Assembly (NCBI GenBank): GCA_032718475.1
Contig: JAUCBJ010001720.1
Location: 69,533-133,532, forward strand
Direction of reading: 5' to 3'
DNA: 64,000 nucleotides
From: Nemertoderma westbladi
Taxonomy: Eukaryota; Animalia; Xenacoelomorpha
Shown here: positions 1 through 11,792 of the stretch, piece after piece
Numbering within the stretch: the first letter of the stretch is position 1
Layout: each line of letters begins with the position of its first letter
Notes under the pieces: model-generated
Database searches by the model: none
What the model was told of the DNA's origin: nothing
The model's input: only the letters and a program-made list of their open reading frames with translations
Program-made: the position numbers and the translations under genes

Positions 1-111
1 TACTACACATCGAAACCGGTACTGTTCTGTATGTGCGCGGGCAATGAATTGTTCTACGCCTCTCTGTATCTCATGTACTTCTACACGGGTCCTGTCATCC
101 CTATTATTAAG
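1..111 (+). CDS. CDIPT: CDP-diacylglycerol--inositol 3-phosphatidyltransferase (PI synthase), penultimate exon (5' part outside window)
   Basis: Frame 1 reads YYTSKPVLFCMCAGNELFYASLYLMYFYTGPVIPIIK, containing the PIS motif YYTS..LF..CAGNELFY; it ends at an AAG|GTTAGT donor. Confidence 0.9.
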
Positions 112-476
112 GTTAGTTAGTGTCTCAGTTGAACAGCTGGTCAACTGGTCTGTCTGTCTCAGACGACGAACACCAAGTTAGTATTTTTGGCAGCAACTTG
201 TTATTGCATAATGTTGCCAGGGGGGCAGGGGGGGGGGGGGGGTAGCTTTCGACACCATCAAAATTAATCCCTATTCCCTCTCTAGAGGAAATGGGCGCAA
301 ATAAAAGCGGTAACAAAACAACTACATGATGGCGAAACAAGTTTCTGCAGCAAAAGTTGCATCGTCGTGTTAATCGGGCCTCATATAATAATTATCACTT
401 TATTATGCTTTAATTACACATGCACTATTGCTATTAATATATCTAATCTAATTAATCTCTCTATTTGTTAATACAG

Positions 477-614
477 ATGGGTTTACTACACTTAATATGT
501 TGGTGTTGCGTTCCCATCGCGGTGGCTAAATCTCTGATTAGTCTGGTTCACCTGGTTACAGCCAGTTGCAATATCGTCTTATTGGACACAGAGGAAAGGA
601 AAAAGATATCCTAA
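477..614 (+). CDS. CDIPT: PI synthase, last coding exon
   Basis: TACAG| acceptor, phase 0; reads MGLLHLICWCCVPIAVAKSLISLVHLVTASCNIVLLDTEERKKIS*, matching the PIS C-terminus pattern (PIA..KSLIS..HL.TA..N...LD). Confidence 0.9.
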   Translation: MGLLHLICWCCVPIAVAKSLISLVHLVTASCNIVLLDTEERKKIS

Positions 615-803
615 ATAAACTTATACTCAATCCAGAATGCAGCGCATACCATTCCCTCCCTATATATGGCAGTATGTTCTAGAATCAACGAATACCATTC
701 CTTTAAATGTCCCAGCAAGGTATACCGTTTCTATTGTTACCAGTAGTATATATTATATACTACATACAGTGGCATATAGTATGTTCTGGAGAGGAAACAC
801 AAT

Positions 804-1121
804 TTCTGGAACACACACCGCTATAGTAGTATGTTCTGGAACACACACCGCTATAGTAGTATGTTCTGGAACACACACCGCTATAGTAGTATGTTCTGGA
901 ACACACACCGCTATAGTAGTATGTTCTGGAACACACACCGCTATAGTAGTATGTTCTGGAACACACACCGCTATAGTAGTATGTTCTGGAACACACACCG
1001 CTATAGTAGTATGTTCTGGAACACACACCGCTATAGTAGTATGTTCTGGAACACACACCGCTATAGTAGTATGTTCTGGAACACACACCGCTATAGTAGT
1101 ATGTTCTGGAACACACACCGC
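804..1121. repeat. 30-bp minisatellite (TTCTGGAACACACACCGCTATAGTAGTATG), about 10.5 identical copies, just downstream of the CDIPT stop
   Basis: Perfect 30-bp period seen directly; degenerate precursor units at about 672 and 771-800. Confidence 0.97.
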
Positions 1122-2559
1122 GCTAGAACACAGCGGATACGGACATACCATTAATTCATGTGCTTGGATGTTGTTAACTTTCTGTGTTACACGCGCAATG
1201 TAAATGATGATTAATTGTATAACCTGTTACAATCTATACTTTTTTTTTCGTTCTGGTATTATATTTTATATTAGGTAACGAAGCTATTGTTACTTCTAGT
1301 TGGTTAGTTCGTTAGGAATGCGATAACAGTATATTAAATGTATAAGAAAATGTCAAACTTAGCATGTTAGACTGGGACGAAAAAATGTAAACCACATAAC
1401 TTATTGAACAGCTGTATGCAGCTCATAATCTATTTTGTGCAACGGTACTGCAAAGTTGACCCTTCTGATAACTGACTGGCTGTAGTTTGTCAGACCTAGT
1501 TAGATTGGCCTTCAATAATATCATATAAATTTTATTTGATTAGCATTGGATCTAGATCGAACTATTATTGGTCAAGGTGCATAATATGATATATTTAATT
1601 GTATATTATAATATTATGTTGTATTTTCTTTTGTTTAGATTTTATGTGATTAGTTTACTTTAATAAATAATGTACCGATATTCCATTGTATTGTTTTATT
1701 TATAACATATTTTATATTGAATAAATAAGCGCAAGGCTGGATTTGATACCATACACTAACACTAACACAGTACTTCAAATCAGAAAGGTGTGCTCCTAAT
1801 ATTTAAAATTAAAATATAGGATTCACCCACTCTTAAATTATAGTGTTATAATAATTGTTATTGGTCGTAGCTGCAGTAGTATTTGCATTTTTATACATAA
1901 TAACATAATTTAGTTGAACGTTTGATTAAACGTTTGATTGTTCAACGTCTTAAGACCACCCCCCCCCCCCCCCCCCCCAAGCCACCCCCACCCCCTTCCC
2001 TCCATATCTGTCCAAACCTGAGTCAACCCCCCCCCCCCCCTCCCTCCATATCTGTCCTAACCTGCTGAGTCAAATTTTGCTCTCTTGTAAATAATCAGTG
2101 CAGAGAGAAAAAATGCTACTATACTCCATATAAATTTCCCAGCAAAATTTAGACGTCCGCTTTTGCAATCCTCGCAGCACCAAATTCATCGGAACCCAAA
2201 CAAGTTGAGGACGACGAATAGCGGAGTTTACAGTTCTGGGCTCAACCGAGCAACAATAGAATTATTGTTTCAAATGTTTTATATGTTATTTTAATATTAT
2301 TGCACCTAACTTAAGGATCGATTCATGGTCATGATGTTTATTCAGTTTGTAATGAACAATATTTTGTCACCAGGGATACAAAATAGGCTATAACACAACA
2401 TGATTTGAAATCAGTAGCTAGTCATGTTTAGTATGTTGCCTTTTAATTATTGTCTAAAACGGAATATATCCCATAAGGTGTATTCGTAGCCCAGCTAAAC
2501 ATATTCTAGAATGTTTATTGAAAATAAATTACATTGATAAGTTAAGGGAAGTTATAATC

Positions 2560-3881
2560 ATGGATGAATTTGATGAGCTCGCCGACGTCATTGCTAACAA
2601 ACTTAAGTCACCGGTCGCACAAGACAATGAGGAGTTAAGGACAGTTACACCCGAGGTTTATGAAGACATTTCGGCTGATTTTCCAAAGAAAGAAAATGAA
2701 GAATTTATAGAAGTTGCGACCACATCAACTGATGTACCGGTACTGGAGAAAAAACTAAGTAGCGAGATATCACCAGCTAATGGAACCAGAGATATACCAG
2801 AGAGAGAATTGATTAGAGAGATATCACCAGCCAATATAACAAGGGATATACCCGAGAAAGAATTGAGTAGAGATATTTCACCAGCCAATATAACAAGAGA
2901 TATACCAGAGGAAGATGTGAATAGAGAGATATCACCAGCCACTATAACAAGAGATATACCAGAGGAAGATGTGAATAGAGAGATATCACCAGCCAATATA
3001 ACAAGAGATATACCAGAGGAAGATGTGAATAGAGAGATATCACCAGCTAATATAGCAAGGGATATACCAGAGGAAGATGTGAATGGAGAGATATCACCAG
3101 CCAATATAACAAGAGATATACCAGAGGAAGATGTGAATAGAGAGATATCACCAGCTAATATAGCAAGGGATATACCAGAGGAAGATGTGAATGGAGAGAT
3201 ATCACCAGCCAATATAACAAGAGATATACCAGAGGAAGATGTGAATAGAGGTATATCACCAGCTAATAAATCTCCGCCTATCCCTTTATCACACATAAAT
3301 AGAGAGGATTTGCAAGTTCATCACAGTCAAATGTCATTGCATAATGATCTGGTGGGTAGGAAATCTTCAATTAGTGCAGTAGATGGATCTGGTCACGATG
3401 TTATTACGTACCCCCTTGCTAGCGAACGTATATCAATATTATCTGATGCACCAATGGACATGCAAAGTCCAACAACTGTGTTCCAGACAGAACGGTTCGA
3501 AAACATGCCCGCACAAAATAGCGCACCCCAAACGGAATTTAGTGGTAACGGTAGCATGTCACCATTGTCAAAATTTGGAACTGCATACAATAACAATGAC
3601 AAAGAGTCAATCCCACCTTCTAAGTCCAGATCCAAGATCTGCCTCAATGAATATATCACCACCAATGAAATTAATGATTATGAAGATAGCAGTATTGACA
3701 TGCCCTTACAAGGTGATAAATTCAAAAATTCTACAATACCCAACGAAGATGACAATAATACCTCGCCAGTAAATCAATCTTCAAGACCTTCATCCCGGTT
3801 GGAAGGGCAATCGCGATCCAGAACATCCGAACCCGATGTAGTTACAGATAACGACTTCACAAAGACTTCTTCGGGGGACAG
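2560..3881 (+). CDS. IFT43: IFT43-like gene, exon 1 (long acidic, disordered N-terminal extension with 18-aa repeats)
   Basis: ATG at 2560 (MDEFDELAD...), open to an AG|GTAAAG donor at 3881/3882. Phase 2 matches exon 5374. Linkage to IFT43 is inferred from phase-compatible splicing only. Confidence 0.65.
2764..3270 (+). repeat. Coding 54-bp / 18-aa tandem repeat (EISPANITRDIPEEDVNR), 9 full copies plus a partial
   Basis: Period 54 in the DNA and 18 in the translation. Confidence 0.95.
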
Positions 3882-4149
3882 GTAAAGTTCAAGGCAACAC
3901 TCAATCATTTTAGTACCAATAAAATATTATACCGACATAATATGGTATAAATATAATCAAATGAATTACCAATTTCCCCAATTTTTTTTACACAAACCCA
4001 AGAGAAAACAATGATAATAAATTATAGGAATCAGAAAACAATTGATTTTTTCAATGTTAACAAATTATAGTGAATCCGAGCTCCCATTGGCCAATGTCCA
4101 CCAGGACTTGTCTCCATCGCAGTTCCACGATTCCATTTCGCTGCGCTAT

Positions 4150-4660
4150 GGTCGACCACCCACCAGAATCCCTTCTCGTTTCGACGGATGTGGCCCCCTT
4201 TGACCTCAATCATAGCCTAAACTGTAAGAAGGGTCGCCTTGTGATACAACGCCACAATGAGGTTCATGACGTAGTGGGGGATTTGGCATCATTGGTATTT
4301 GGTCCACATAATGTCATCCTGGAGCCGGTGGTGGGGAGACAGAAGAATTGGCCGGTCTTCGGTGTGCATTTAACCCACATAGCCAGGCGTTTATCGACAT
4401 CAGGTTTGTTAACCTTGACGCCGGCTCATAATGGGTCGCACCCCAATATATGTTCTCGAGTCTGCCGAAGACCCACCTGTATGTGTAACCAGCCAGTGCA
4501 TAATCTTGTGCTTTGGCAGCCTCATGGAGTGAATAAGCATGGTGGACAGCCCATTACTTTCTTGAGACGCATCTTAAAGGACACTGGCCTTGAAGATGCG
4601 GATGATCTAGCAAATGTCATGGGTGATAGAGAGTTACGGCGGCGCAATTTTGTCGACAAG
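4150..4660 (+). mobile_element. Degenerate non-LTR retrotransposon fragments in IFT43 intron 1
   Basis: HSLNCKKGRLVIQRHNEVHD...EPVV resembles the zinc-knuckle/RHN motif preceding the restriction-like endonuclease of CRE/R2-group elements. LWQPHG...GGQPITF...KDTGLE..DL...M.DR resembles RTE-type ORF C-termini. Confidence 0.6.
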
Positions 4661-5373
4661 CCAGCACAGCATTCTTAATAATGCAGCTGCAATGCAGCAT
4701 GCCGATGCTAGGAGTAATAAGCGGCTCGGATCCATCGAGCAGACTTCGCTCCGTTTGTTGTGTCTTGCGATGGAGTTCTGGCGCCCCAAGCAAACAAGAT
4801 CCTCCGCATCATAGCCAATAGGCTGCATTGTACCTGACAGCGCCTCTACAGCACCGTCGTGGGGTGGGTCGCTATTCTCCGAGGAACATCCCACTGTATC
4901 AGAGGCTCCGGACCAAATGGCGAAGCGGACTTGTCCTGATGGCGCCGGACTTCCAGTCCCACCACAGCCGTAGTTCTGGATCAAGGCGGAGGTTACTTTA
5001 AATTATGTGGGTGTTCATCAGTCACCGTCTCTTTCTACCTTATAGTCTTAGCTGTTTCTATAGCAACTGCGATACCCGTGGTGTTTCCAGTTGTTTCAGA
5101 TGGCACCTCTTGCAGATCTCAATAGAATTAGACTGTGTAAAGTAATTTACCTGGTCTGACAACAAAATTTATGTGCTATAGATTAAAAAATATCTTTGGT
5201 ACAAATTTAATTTTGAATTAAATCTCAGAAAACATTTTTCCGCACAAAATAAAAAAATTAAATTATAGTGAATGAATGGAGTAGGGTATAAATTTGTGAA
5301 TTTTTTTAATTTGAAATTGAAAATTAGAAAGCACCCTGCATGTCTGAGTGTCGACTTGATCTACAACCATTAG

Positions 5374-5904
5374 AACAACGCAAAAAATAGAGAATAGTAT
5401 AACACCAGAAATTAAAGTGGTGAGTAACACCAAAAGTTATACGAATGATTTAGATGAAATTGAGGATATGTTGACGTTCAATGCTGATGAGCGACGTAAA
5501 AACGATTTATCGTTGGTGGATGATATTGAAGAAACAATACTCAGTTCGTCTGGAGTACGCGAGGAGAAAAAAACAGATTATGAAAATCGTAAGACAGTTT
5601 CTAGGGAACACTTCGTTTCCTCTGGTGAAGTTAAAAATATAATACCAGGTCCTGCCGAAGTAACAAGTTCCCTAGAATCAGTCAGTTTGAACATGGAACA
5701 AAAGCGCTCAGATGGAAGTACGAAAATAAAGCGCTGGGGATCCGCGTCAGGCTCAGCCATCGGATCTACTAGTGGAGCCAGGGGACCTACGAAAGGTCTT
5801 CCAGACATGTTCGAGGAGCCACGGCGGGATTCGGGTCAGATACAGCACGGGCGTAGACGAAGTCAATCTAACGTCGATAATACATCGGGAAATGGTTATC
5901 TAAG
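5374..5904 (+). CDS. IFT43: IFT43-like gene, exon 2
   Basis: CATTAG|A acceptor (phase 2), open frame TTQKIENSITPEIKV...GNGYL, donor AG|GTTAGG (phase 2). Confidence 0.7.
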
Positions 5905-6157
5905 GTTAGGGTGGTACATTTACATAAGGAGATGGTTATAGTTACCTATTATAGTAATAAATAATTATAATTACTTAATAAAATAATCAAGTATATAAAT
6001 GAAAATGGGAAAAATATTTACCGAAGAGCCATGAAGGCAAGTTTTGATAATACCGATAATTAGACACACCAGATACAAAAAAAAAGTTTGTTGTGTAATT
6101 GTTGTGCTAGCTGAGAGTTACAATAAAAACTTACAGCGCTATAACTTTAATTAACAG

Positions 6158-6908
6158 TAGCTCAGAATAAAGTAGTACGATTTATTAAAGACTACAAACC
6201 TAGGCACCACCTAACTCCAGATGACTTTTCTGAATCTGGACTACTTAACTTAGATAGTAGAGTTAAGCAGCTACGCCTTAACCATGTGCATAAAGTGTAT
6301 AATGGTAAATGTCCCAATTACCTAAAACAAAAATTCAACAGAGTACGCGATACACACTCTTACAGTACCAGAGCTAGTGCTTCAAACTTCTACCTCCCGA
6401 ATTGTAAATCCTTTGAATCTGATACTTTCTTTTTTAACGGCATAAAAAATTGGAACGCTCTGCCTAATGAAATTAAAAACCTAAATAATCAACATTCTTT
6501 TAAATCTGCAGTTAAATCTCATCTCCGTGTGCAATGTAAAAATAGGTACAATAGTCCTACAGTAAGTTATTAGTTTATTAATTATTTACTATTTATACTG
6601 TAATTACGTTTTATATTAAATTGTTCTGTACATTACATCTTTATCGTTGAGTCGGACATTGTCACGCTCTCGGTAAAGTTGTACATGTACATAGTGTAAT
6701 TACGTTTTATATGGGTTTTAGGTTAGCGTAGTGTAATATTGTATTTGTAACCAAGTAACATAAAGGACCCCCTTGGAAATAAGCTGCAAAGCTTTAGGGG
6801 TAATCCTATATGTTATGTTGGACAATACCTTTATACCGGTAAATTGTTTGGTGTATTTGTTATTGTTTTTTCATAATGTATAAATAAATCTATCTATCTA
6901 TCTATCTA
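6158..6908 (+). mobile_element. 5'-truncated LINE (CR1/L2/Crack-like): ORF2 C-terminus, 3'UTR and (TCTA)n tail, in IFT43 intron 2
   Basis: AQNKVVRFI...HKVYNGKCPNYL...HSYSTR...TFFFNGIKNWNALP.EIK...SFK..VK.HL is the typical post-RT tail of CR1/L2-group ORF2. It is followed by a 3'UTR (AGGACCCCCTTGGAAATAAGCT...GGGGTAATCCT) and a TCTA microsatellite. Confidence 0.8.
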
Positions 6909-6912
6909 ACAG

Positions 6913-7075
6913 AACACCACTAAGTAATAAGACGATAATGAGGTCCACTGAAGATTTGATACGAGGTCTAGAATCAGCTATTGATGAAGTTGATGATGTT
7001 AACCCCAATATCCGCCCCCAAACCAATTCTAGGAAGACCCCATCGCTAACAAAATTTGCTGTTCCCGAACTACAA
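6913..7075 (+). CDS. IFT43: IFT43-like gene, exon 3
   Basis: CTAACAG|A acceptor (phase 2), TPLSNKTIMRSTEDLIRGLESAIDEVDD...VPELQ, donor CAA|GTAAGT (phase 0). Confidence 0.75.
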
Positions 7076-7170
7076 GTAAGTTTAGGATATTAATAACACC
7101 GGTATCGATGCAATATTAAATATTTATAACTTTATCAATCAAATGTTATGCATACACTGTATGCACACAG

Positions 7171-7269
7171 GTGTCTGTAGATGACGATGCTATGCCAATG
7201 ATTCCAGATATTGCAGACGCCGATGATGAAGAACTGATATTGCAAGTTGCATCGGCTCCTATTGGTCAG
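7171..7269 (+). CDS. IFT43: IFT43 exon 4
   Basis: CACAG|GTG acceptor; VSVDDDAMPMIPDIADADDEELILQVASAPIGQ matches the IFT43 IP.IPDL....EE....QVA.PP motif; donor CAG|GTTAGT. Confidence 0.88.
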
Positions 7270-7989
7270 GTTAGTGTCCTTCGGGTAGAGCTCTACGATA
7301 GTTAATATATCGGGATATTTGTGATATTTAAAGTAATTTGAGAACGGACAAATTTCCAGACTTGACTTGATTTTTCAGACAATTAATTAGAGCACTTTCC
7401 AAATTAAAAACTAACATTTTCACAATATGAGGCACTTCCTTAAGTCATATGGAGCTAATTGGTTCATCTGAATCGCAACTACCGATTTAGTCAGCCGATT
7501 ACCCCAATAATAGTTCGCGATATACAGATATAACCGCGAATATTCGAGTATCTGCCTCAACATGGCGGATACGCAATTTGGAGGGCTTTCCTAAATGTCG
7601 AATTTCACTTACTAAACGTCAAATAAAAATCTGAATTTTCAACCCTTTCTTCGGTCACAGCATTGCAGCATAGCTGATCCTCTAGCAAAGGACAGGAGAC
7701 AAATTTCGAATTTTAATATTTTGGGAAATTTCGAAAAAAATTTCAAAATTTGAAATTCAATAGTTGCTCCGCGGTTTTCCCCAGAGCATCTATCTACTCA
7801 GCTATGGCCTAAGTTCGGAGAAACAAGTTGACACTTGCGATATTTAGCGACTTCTCGCCTACGGTAAACTGCGAAAAGTTTAGTTTAGTTTTCGAAATGA
7901 AAAGTGCCAAATCTAAAAAGTGCAACTTTAGTACTAAAAATTAACTTTATTAAAGTTTCAGATTTTAACTTAAGAATACAGCCATGATG

Positions 7990-8360
7990 CTAGATACTCC
8001 CCATCTATCTAGAAACGTCCACAGTCTATCTAGAAATCTACATTATCTCTCTATAAACCTCGACTGTTCCACTAGAACACCCCCCCCCCCCCCCCCCCAC
8101 CCATCTAGAAACCAGAAACCTCCATTATCTTTCTATAAACCCCCACTATCTCTCTAGAAACTCTCTAGAAACCTCTACTGTCTCTCTAGAAACTTACTTT
8201 CACTGACTCTAAGAAACCTCCAATGTTCCACTAGAAACCCCCACACCACCCCCCCCCCGTCTCCACAGAAACCACCCTATCCATCTAGACATCTCCATTG
8301 TCTATCTAGAAACCTCCACTATTCCACTAGACCCCCCCCCCCCCTACCTCTCTAGAAACT
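7990..8360. repeat. Degenerate low-complexity repeat (CTAGAAACC(T)CC-like units with poly-C runs) in IFT43 intron 4
   Basis: Repeated TCTAGAAAC/CTATAAAC motifs and C homopolymers. Confidence 0.7.
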
Positions 8361-8384
8361 TCCTTTCTCTTTGTTATATTAAAG

Positions 8385-8603
8385 GGCCACCGAATGGAAA
8401 CCTACAGAGAGTTAACCGACGATTTAAGTAAACAGCTCACCGTGCCAGTAAAGAGTCTGGCTACCACCGACTTAAAGTTACTAACTAAAGTGATTGGTCA
8501 GCCTGCGGAATTGCAGGAAGATGACGTGGCCTGGGATTGGACGCAGGTCTTTACGGAAATATCATCTGAGTTGAAGTCAGAATGGATGGAAAGAGAAATA
8601 TAA
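8385..8603 (+). CDS. IFT43: IFT43 last exon (conserved IFT43 domain C-terminus)
   Basis: GHRMETYRELTDDL...DLKLLTKVI.....LQEDDVAWDWTQVFTEISSEL..EW matches the IFT43 signature TYR.LD.DL...DLKLLTKVL...EDDV.WDWD.LFTEVSSE..EW; AATAAA follows at about 8618. Confidence 0.92.
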   Translation, partial: GHRMETYRELTDDLSKQLTVPVKSLATTDLKLLTKVIGQPAELQEDDVAWDWTQVFTEISSELKSEWMEREI

Positions 8604-9155
8604 AATAGAACTCGCAGAATAAAAATGTTGTCCATGTGAGAGGAGTAAACCTCGAGGGTGTTTAACTGGAAATTATTAGTTAATAAAATCGACTTTCGCT
8701 AAATAGTAGGCCATGGCCAGTGATTTTATAGTGCCACAATTTATTCACCACTAACCTCATTATAGTTTTCTATACAATAATAATGGTAAATTTACAGACA
8801 TATTATTATATTATTCCCTATTATTTTGTTTGGGTGGCTCATAATTTTTTTTCGCTTTATAAACTTTTCGCTATTTTTAATTCAGTGAGAAATATCACAA
8901 GATATGGACGTTCAACATTGAACATTGGAATTCTATACACAACACAATCATTAATAAGTTTCACAGTTCGTTCCATATTTGATATTTCCACAACTTGTAG
9001 TTTTATAAAATTATAACATGGAATAAAATAATTTATAATATTATTCTATTGAACGAAGACAAATAAAGTGATTGGCCAATATCTGCTCATTCTTTATTAC
9101 ATGTTTAAGAAGCTCAGCCTGAGTTAACTTTAGTTAACTTTATTATTTAATTGTA

Positions 9156-11486
9156 TTAACTCACGTGGGTGGCATCTTCGTTTCTGATGTTGTCTGCAGG
9201 CATTGGTCGCTTTGGACACCGATCATCTACATGACTAGAACCGCCATCTTCTTTTGTAACGACAGTATCAACGTGACCCGTGACTAATTCTGAATCGACA
9301 TCAACAACCGGCATTGGTCGTCGTGGACATCTCTCGTTTGTCGGTTCGGTGAGTCTAACTAAATCAACGGTTGGGTATTTCGTACAGATATCAGTTAGTT
9401 TAACATCCTCGACAGATGTACATTGCTCTGTGGGTTGTTTTATAGCCACATTGCCTTCGTCTTTATCGACAACATCCAACTGGTCTATGTTGCTAAACGG
9501 CATTGGTCGTTTGGGGACTCTATCACCGGGTGGGGTGTAGGGCCGAAGTACTGATGTGTCGCCCAATGGGGTGCTGCACACAGCGGAGGAGTAATGTGTC
9601 GGATCCATTCGGGAATCGCTGTCGCTCCTACGGCCGCAAATAGCGGAAACATCGACTTTGTTTATAGTTCCCACGGAAGAGTCGAGCACCGCGGTAGTCG
9701 AGGTTAAAAGGGCTTCGTTAAAAAAGTCGCTGGATTGCTCGGCCTCAAAACCATCGAGTTCATCGTCGTTAAGTTCTGTTAGATCGATGGAATCTTCTAG
9801 GACCATCGACTCCTCTATAGCGGCAACGTCTTCATCGAGCATAGCGGCAAGGTTATCCCCCCCGTCGATGCTGCAATGAACTACAGTCGAGATGTTCTCA
9901 ACATCTTCGTCTAGAGGGTCTTCCGGGCGTTTACTGCATTCGGAAACCTCTACGACTGCGCTGACATCATCAACTGCGGTACTTTCTGACTTGTTATAGA
10001 GTTTAATATATTCATCCTTTGCCGATGCCATGCACTGTTCAACTACCACACCTATATCGATAGGCTCGATACCACTGCTCGAGGGATCGTCCTCCGTAAG
10101 CGTGTTATCCGCATCCACAACGGCGACATCCTCATCAACATTGGTGGAAACTACTTTTATTGCCCCGTCAACTATACTATTCATAACATCAGCAACCAAC
10201 GAATGTGGTTCGAATTCGCTTTCCAACTTACTGACATCCCAGGAGCCAGTAGGTGCAGCTGGAAGTTCGGTGCTTTCCGCTACTTTCTCTTCTACATCTT
10301 CGATGGGAGTTTCGTTGAGGGCAGGAGTTGAGCTTATGGTAGGAAATTCGTTATCGCAAACCACAATAGCCTGTTCATTCTCAACCAGCACGTCTATCAA
10401 GGATTTATTCCCGTTCGCTATGGTAATTAGAGCGGAAGGCACTCGGATATCGTCGTCAACTAGAACATGTAGTCTCATAGGTTCCTCGGTGTACTCCAGT
10501 ATTTTATTATTGGCTTCCTCAGTCCAACCGGCGGTCTCGTCTATAGGCGAGCAGTTCGCCAGTCGGACAGTCACTAACTGCGAGACAACATCGGCAAACT
10601 GACTGACAATCGGGAAAACCTTGGAGAGAGGAACCGTAGCCGAGTTGCCGTAATCTACGAAGTAAACATCGCAAGCGTCGGCGGTTGTCGATACAATCTC
10701 AGCGCGATACAACTGGCTATCCTCAGTAAACTCCGCGATGCAATGGGAACCTACATCGGGCGGCGACTCTAACGGGCAGTTCGTCGTCCTGTAATATTCC
10801 GTTAAACGCGTAGAAAACGCCTCAAAGTCGTCGTTATCAATTTGGAACACTAGATTATTTGGGAGTTCGCAGGAAATGAGAAACACATTGAGAACTTCTC
10901 CAACTTCCAACACGGGTTTAGCAACTCGAATCTCCGGCTCTTTAATTAATTTATCTAGTAAATTACAACCATCGATGTGGACGTTTATACCGATTCTATT
11001 GTCAACGATCTCAACTACATCGATATCAAAAGCGATATCGGCACACAACTGGGATACTAATTGCACTGCATCACTACGGAGGTCATTGCGACTATTTGCA
11101 CCAACGATATACGACTCAAATGATTGCACGTCCAACGTTGTAAAGTCTCTTCTAGCTATGAAGAGTTTGTCGTTGGGAAGAGTTTCGGAACTACCGTAAT
11201 CGACAAACTTTACTGTTGAGGAACCGTCTTTGGTTTCTGTGACGGTGGCTCTGTAGTGCTCGCCGTACTCTACAGAGAGAGCGACGCAGACAACAGCCTG
11301 TTCAACCTCCGGAAGTGGAACTAGGGTAGACATTCGCAGTCGGTCCATCAACGCAGTGAGTTCGTTTTCGGTTGACGTCGGTTGGAGGTACAACTGGTTC
11401 AATGAGTTCGCACTCAGTAAGTAGACGGAGAGACTCTCCCCGACGGTGATCGAGGGTGGTGTGTATGAATGGGATGGGATTGACAC
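9156..11486 (-). CDS. Giant multi-Tudor protein (Tudor/TDRD6/TDRD15-like), terminal exon: 2 extended Tudor domains plus acidic tail
   Basis: ACAG|GTG acceptor at 11486; CVALSVEYGEHYRA..FVDYGSSE and CIAEFTEDSQLYRA..FVDYGNSA Tudor cores; TAA stop at 9156. Confidence 0.92.
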   Translation of the reverse strand: MSIPSHSYTPPSITVGESLSVYLLSANSLNQLYLQPTSTENELTALMDRLRMSTLVPLPEVEQAVVCVALSVEYGEHYRATVTETKDGSSTVKFVDYGSSETLPNDKLFIARRDFTTLDVQSFESYIVGANSRNDLRSDAVQLVSQLCADIAFDIDVVEIVDNRIGINVHIDGCNLLDKLIKEPEIRVAKPVLEVGEVLNVFLISCELPNNLVFQIDNDDFEAFSTRLTEYYRTTNCPLESPPDVGSHCIAEFTEDSQLYRAEIVSTTADACDVYFVDYGNSATVPLSKVFPIVSQFADVVSQLVTVRLANCSPIDETAGWTEEANNKILEYTEEPMRLHVLVDDDIRVPSALITIANGNKSLIDVLVENEQAIVVCDNEFPTISSTPALNETPIEDVEEKVAESTELPAAPTGSWDVSKLESEFEPHSLVADVMNSIVDGAIKVVSTNVDEDVAVVDADNTLTEDDPSSSGIEPIDIGVVVEQCMASAKDEYIKLYNKSESTAVDDVSAVVEVSECSKRPEDPLDEDVENISTVVHCSIDGGDNLAAMLDEDVAAIEESMVLEDSIDLTELNDDELDGFEAEQSSDFFNEALLTSTTAVLDSSVGTINKVDVSAICGRRSDSDSRMDPTHYSSAVCSTPLGDTSVLRPYTPPGDRVPKRPMPFSNIDQLDVVDKDEGNVAIKQPTEQCTSVEDVKLTDICTKYPTVDLVRLTEPTNERCPRRPMPVVDVDSELVTGHVDTVVTKEDGGSSHVDDRCPKRPMPADNIRNEDATHVS

Positions 11487-11792
11487 CTGTAAATAAACAA
11501 CAACATCATTACGTCCGGAATGCGCTCATATTGAACGTGCCACATAATTAATACCCTGGCACAATATTTAATATAATTTAATTTCAGTAAATTATTTATG
11601 GGTCGCCCATAAAGAATGTCAGAGGTCATGGGGGGTGGGGGGGGGGGGGGGGGGGGGGGATGGGGGTTTTGGGCTAATTGAGGAGGCCTGATTTTTCGCT
11701 TTTTAATAATTACTCTTAACAAACGGGTCCGAATTTGGTCAGTTTGCTGAAATTAGATATTGGTTGGGACGAGACCTTTATTACTGTTCATA

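Noticed and set aside
637-1203. 188-aa repeat ORF and overlapping ORFs
   Set aside because: Translation of the 30-bp minisatellite; open in several frames with no unique domain.
2658-3296. 212-aa hydrophobic - strand ORF
   Set aside because: Antisense shadow of the 54-bp coding repeat.
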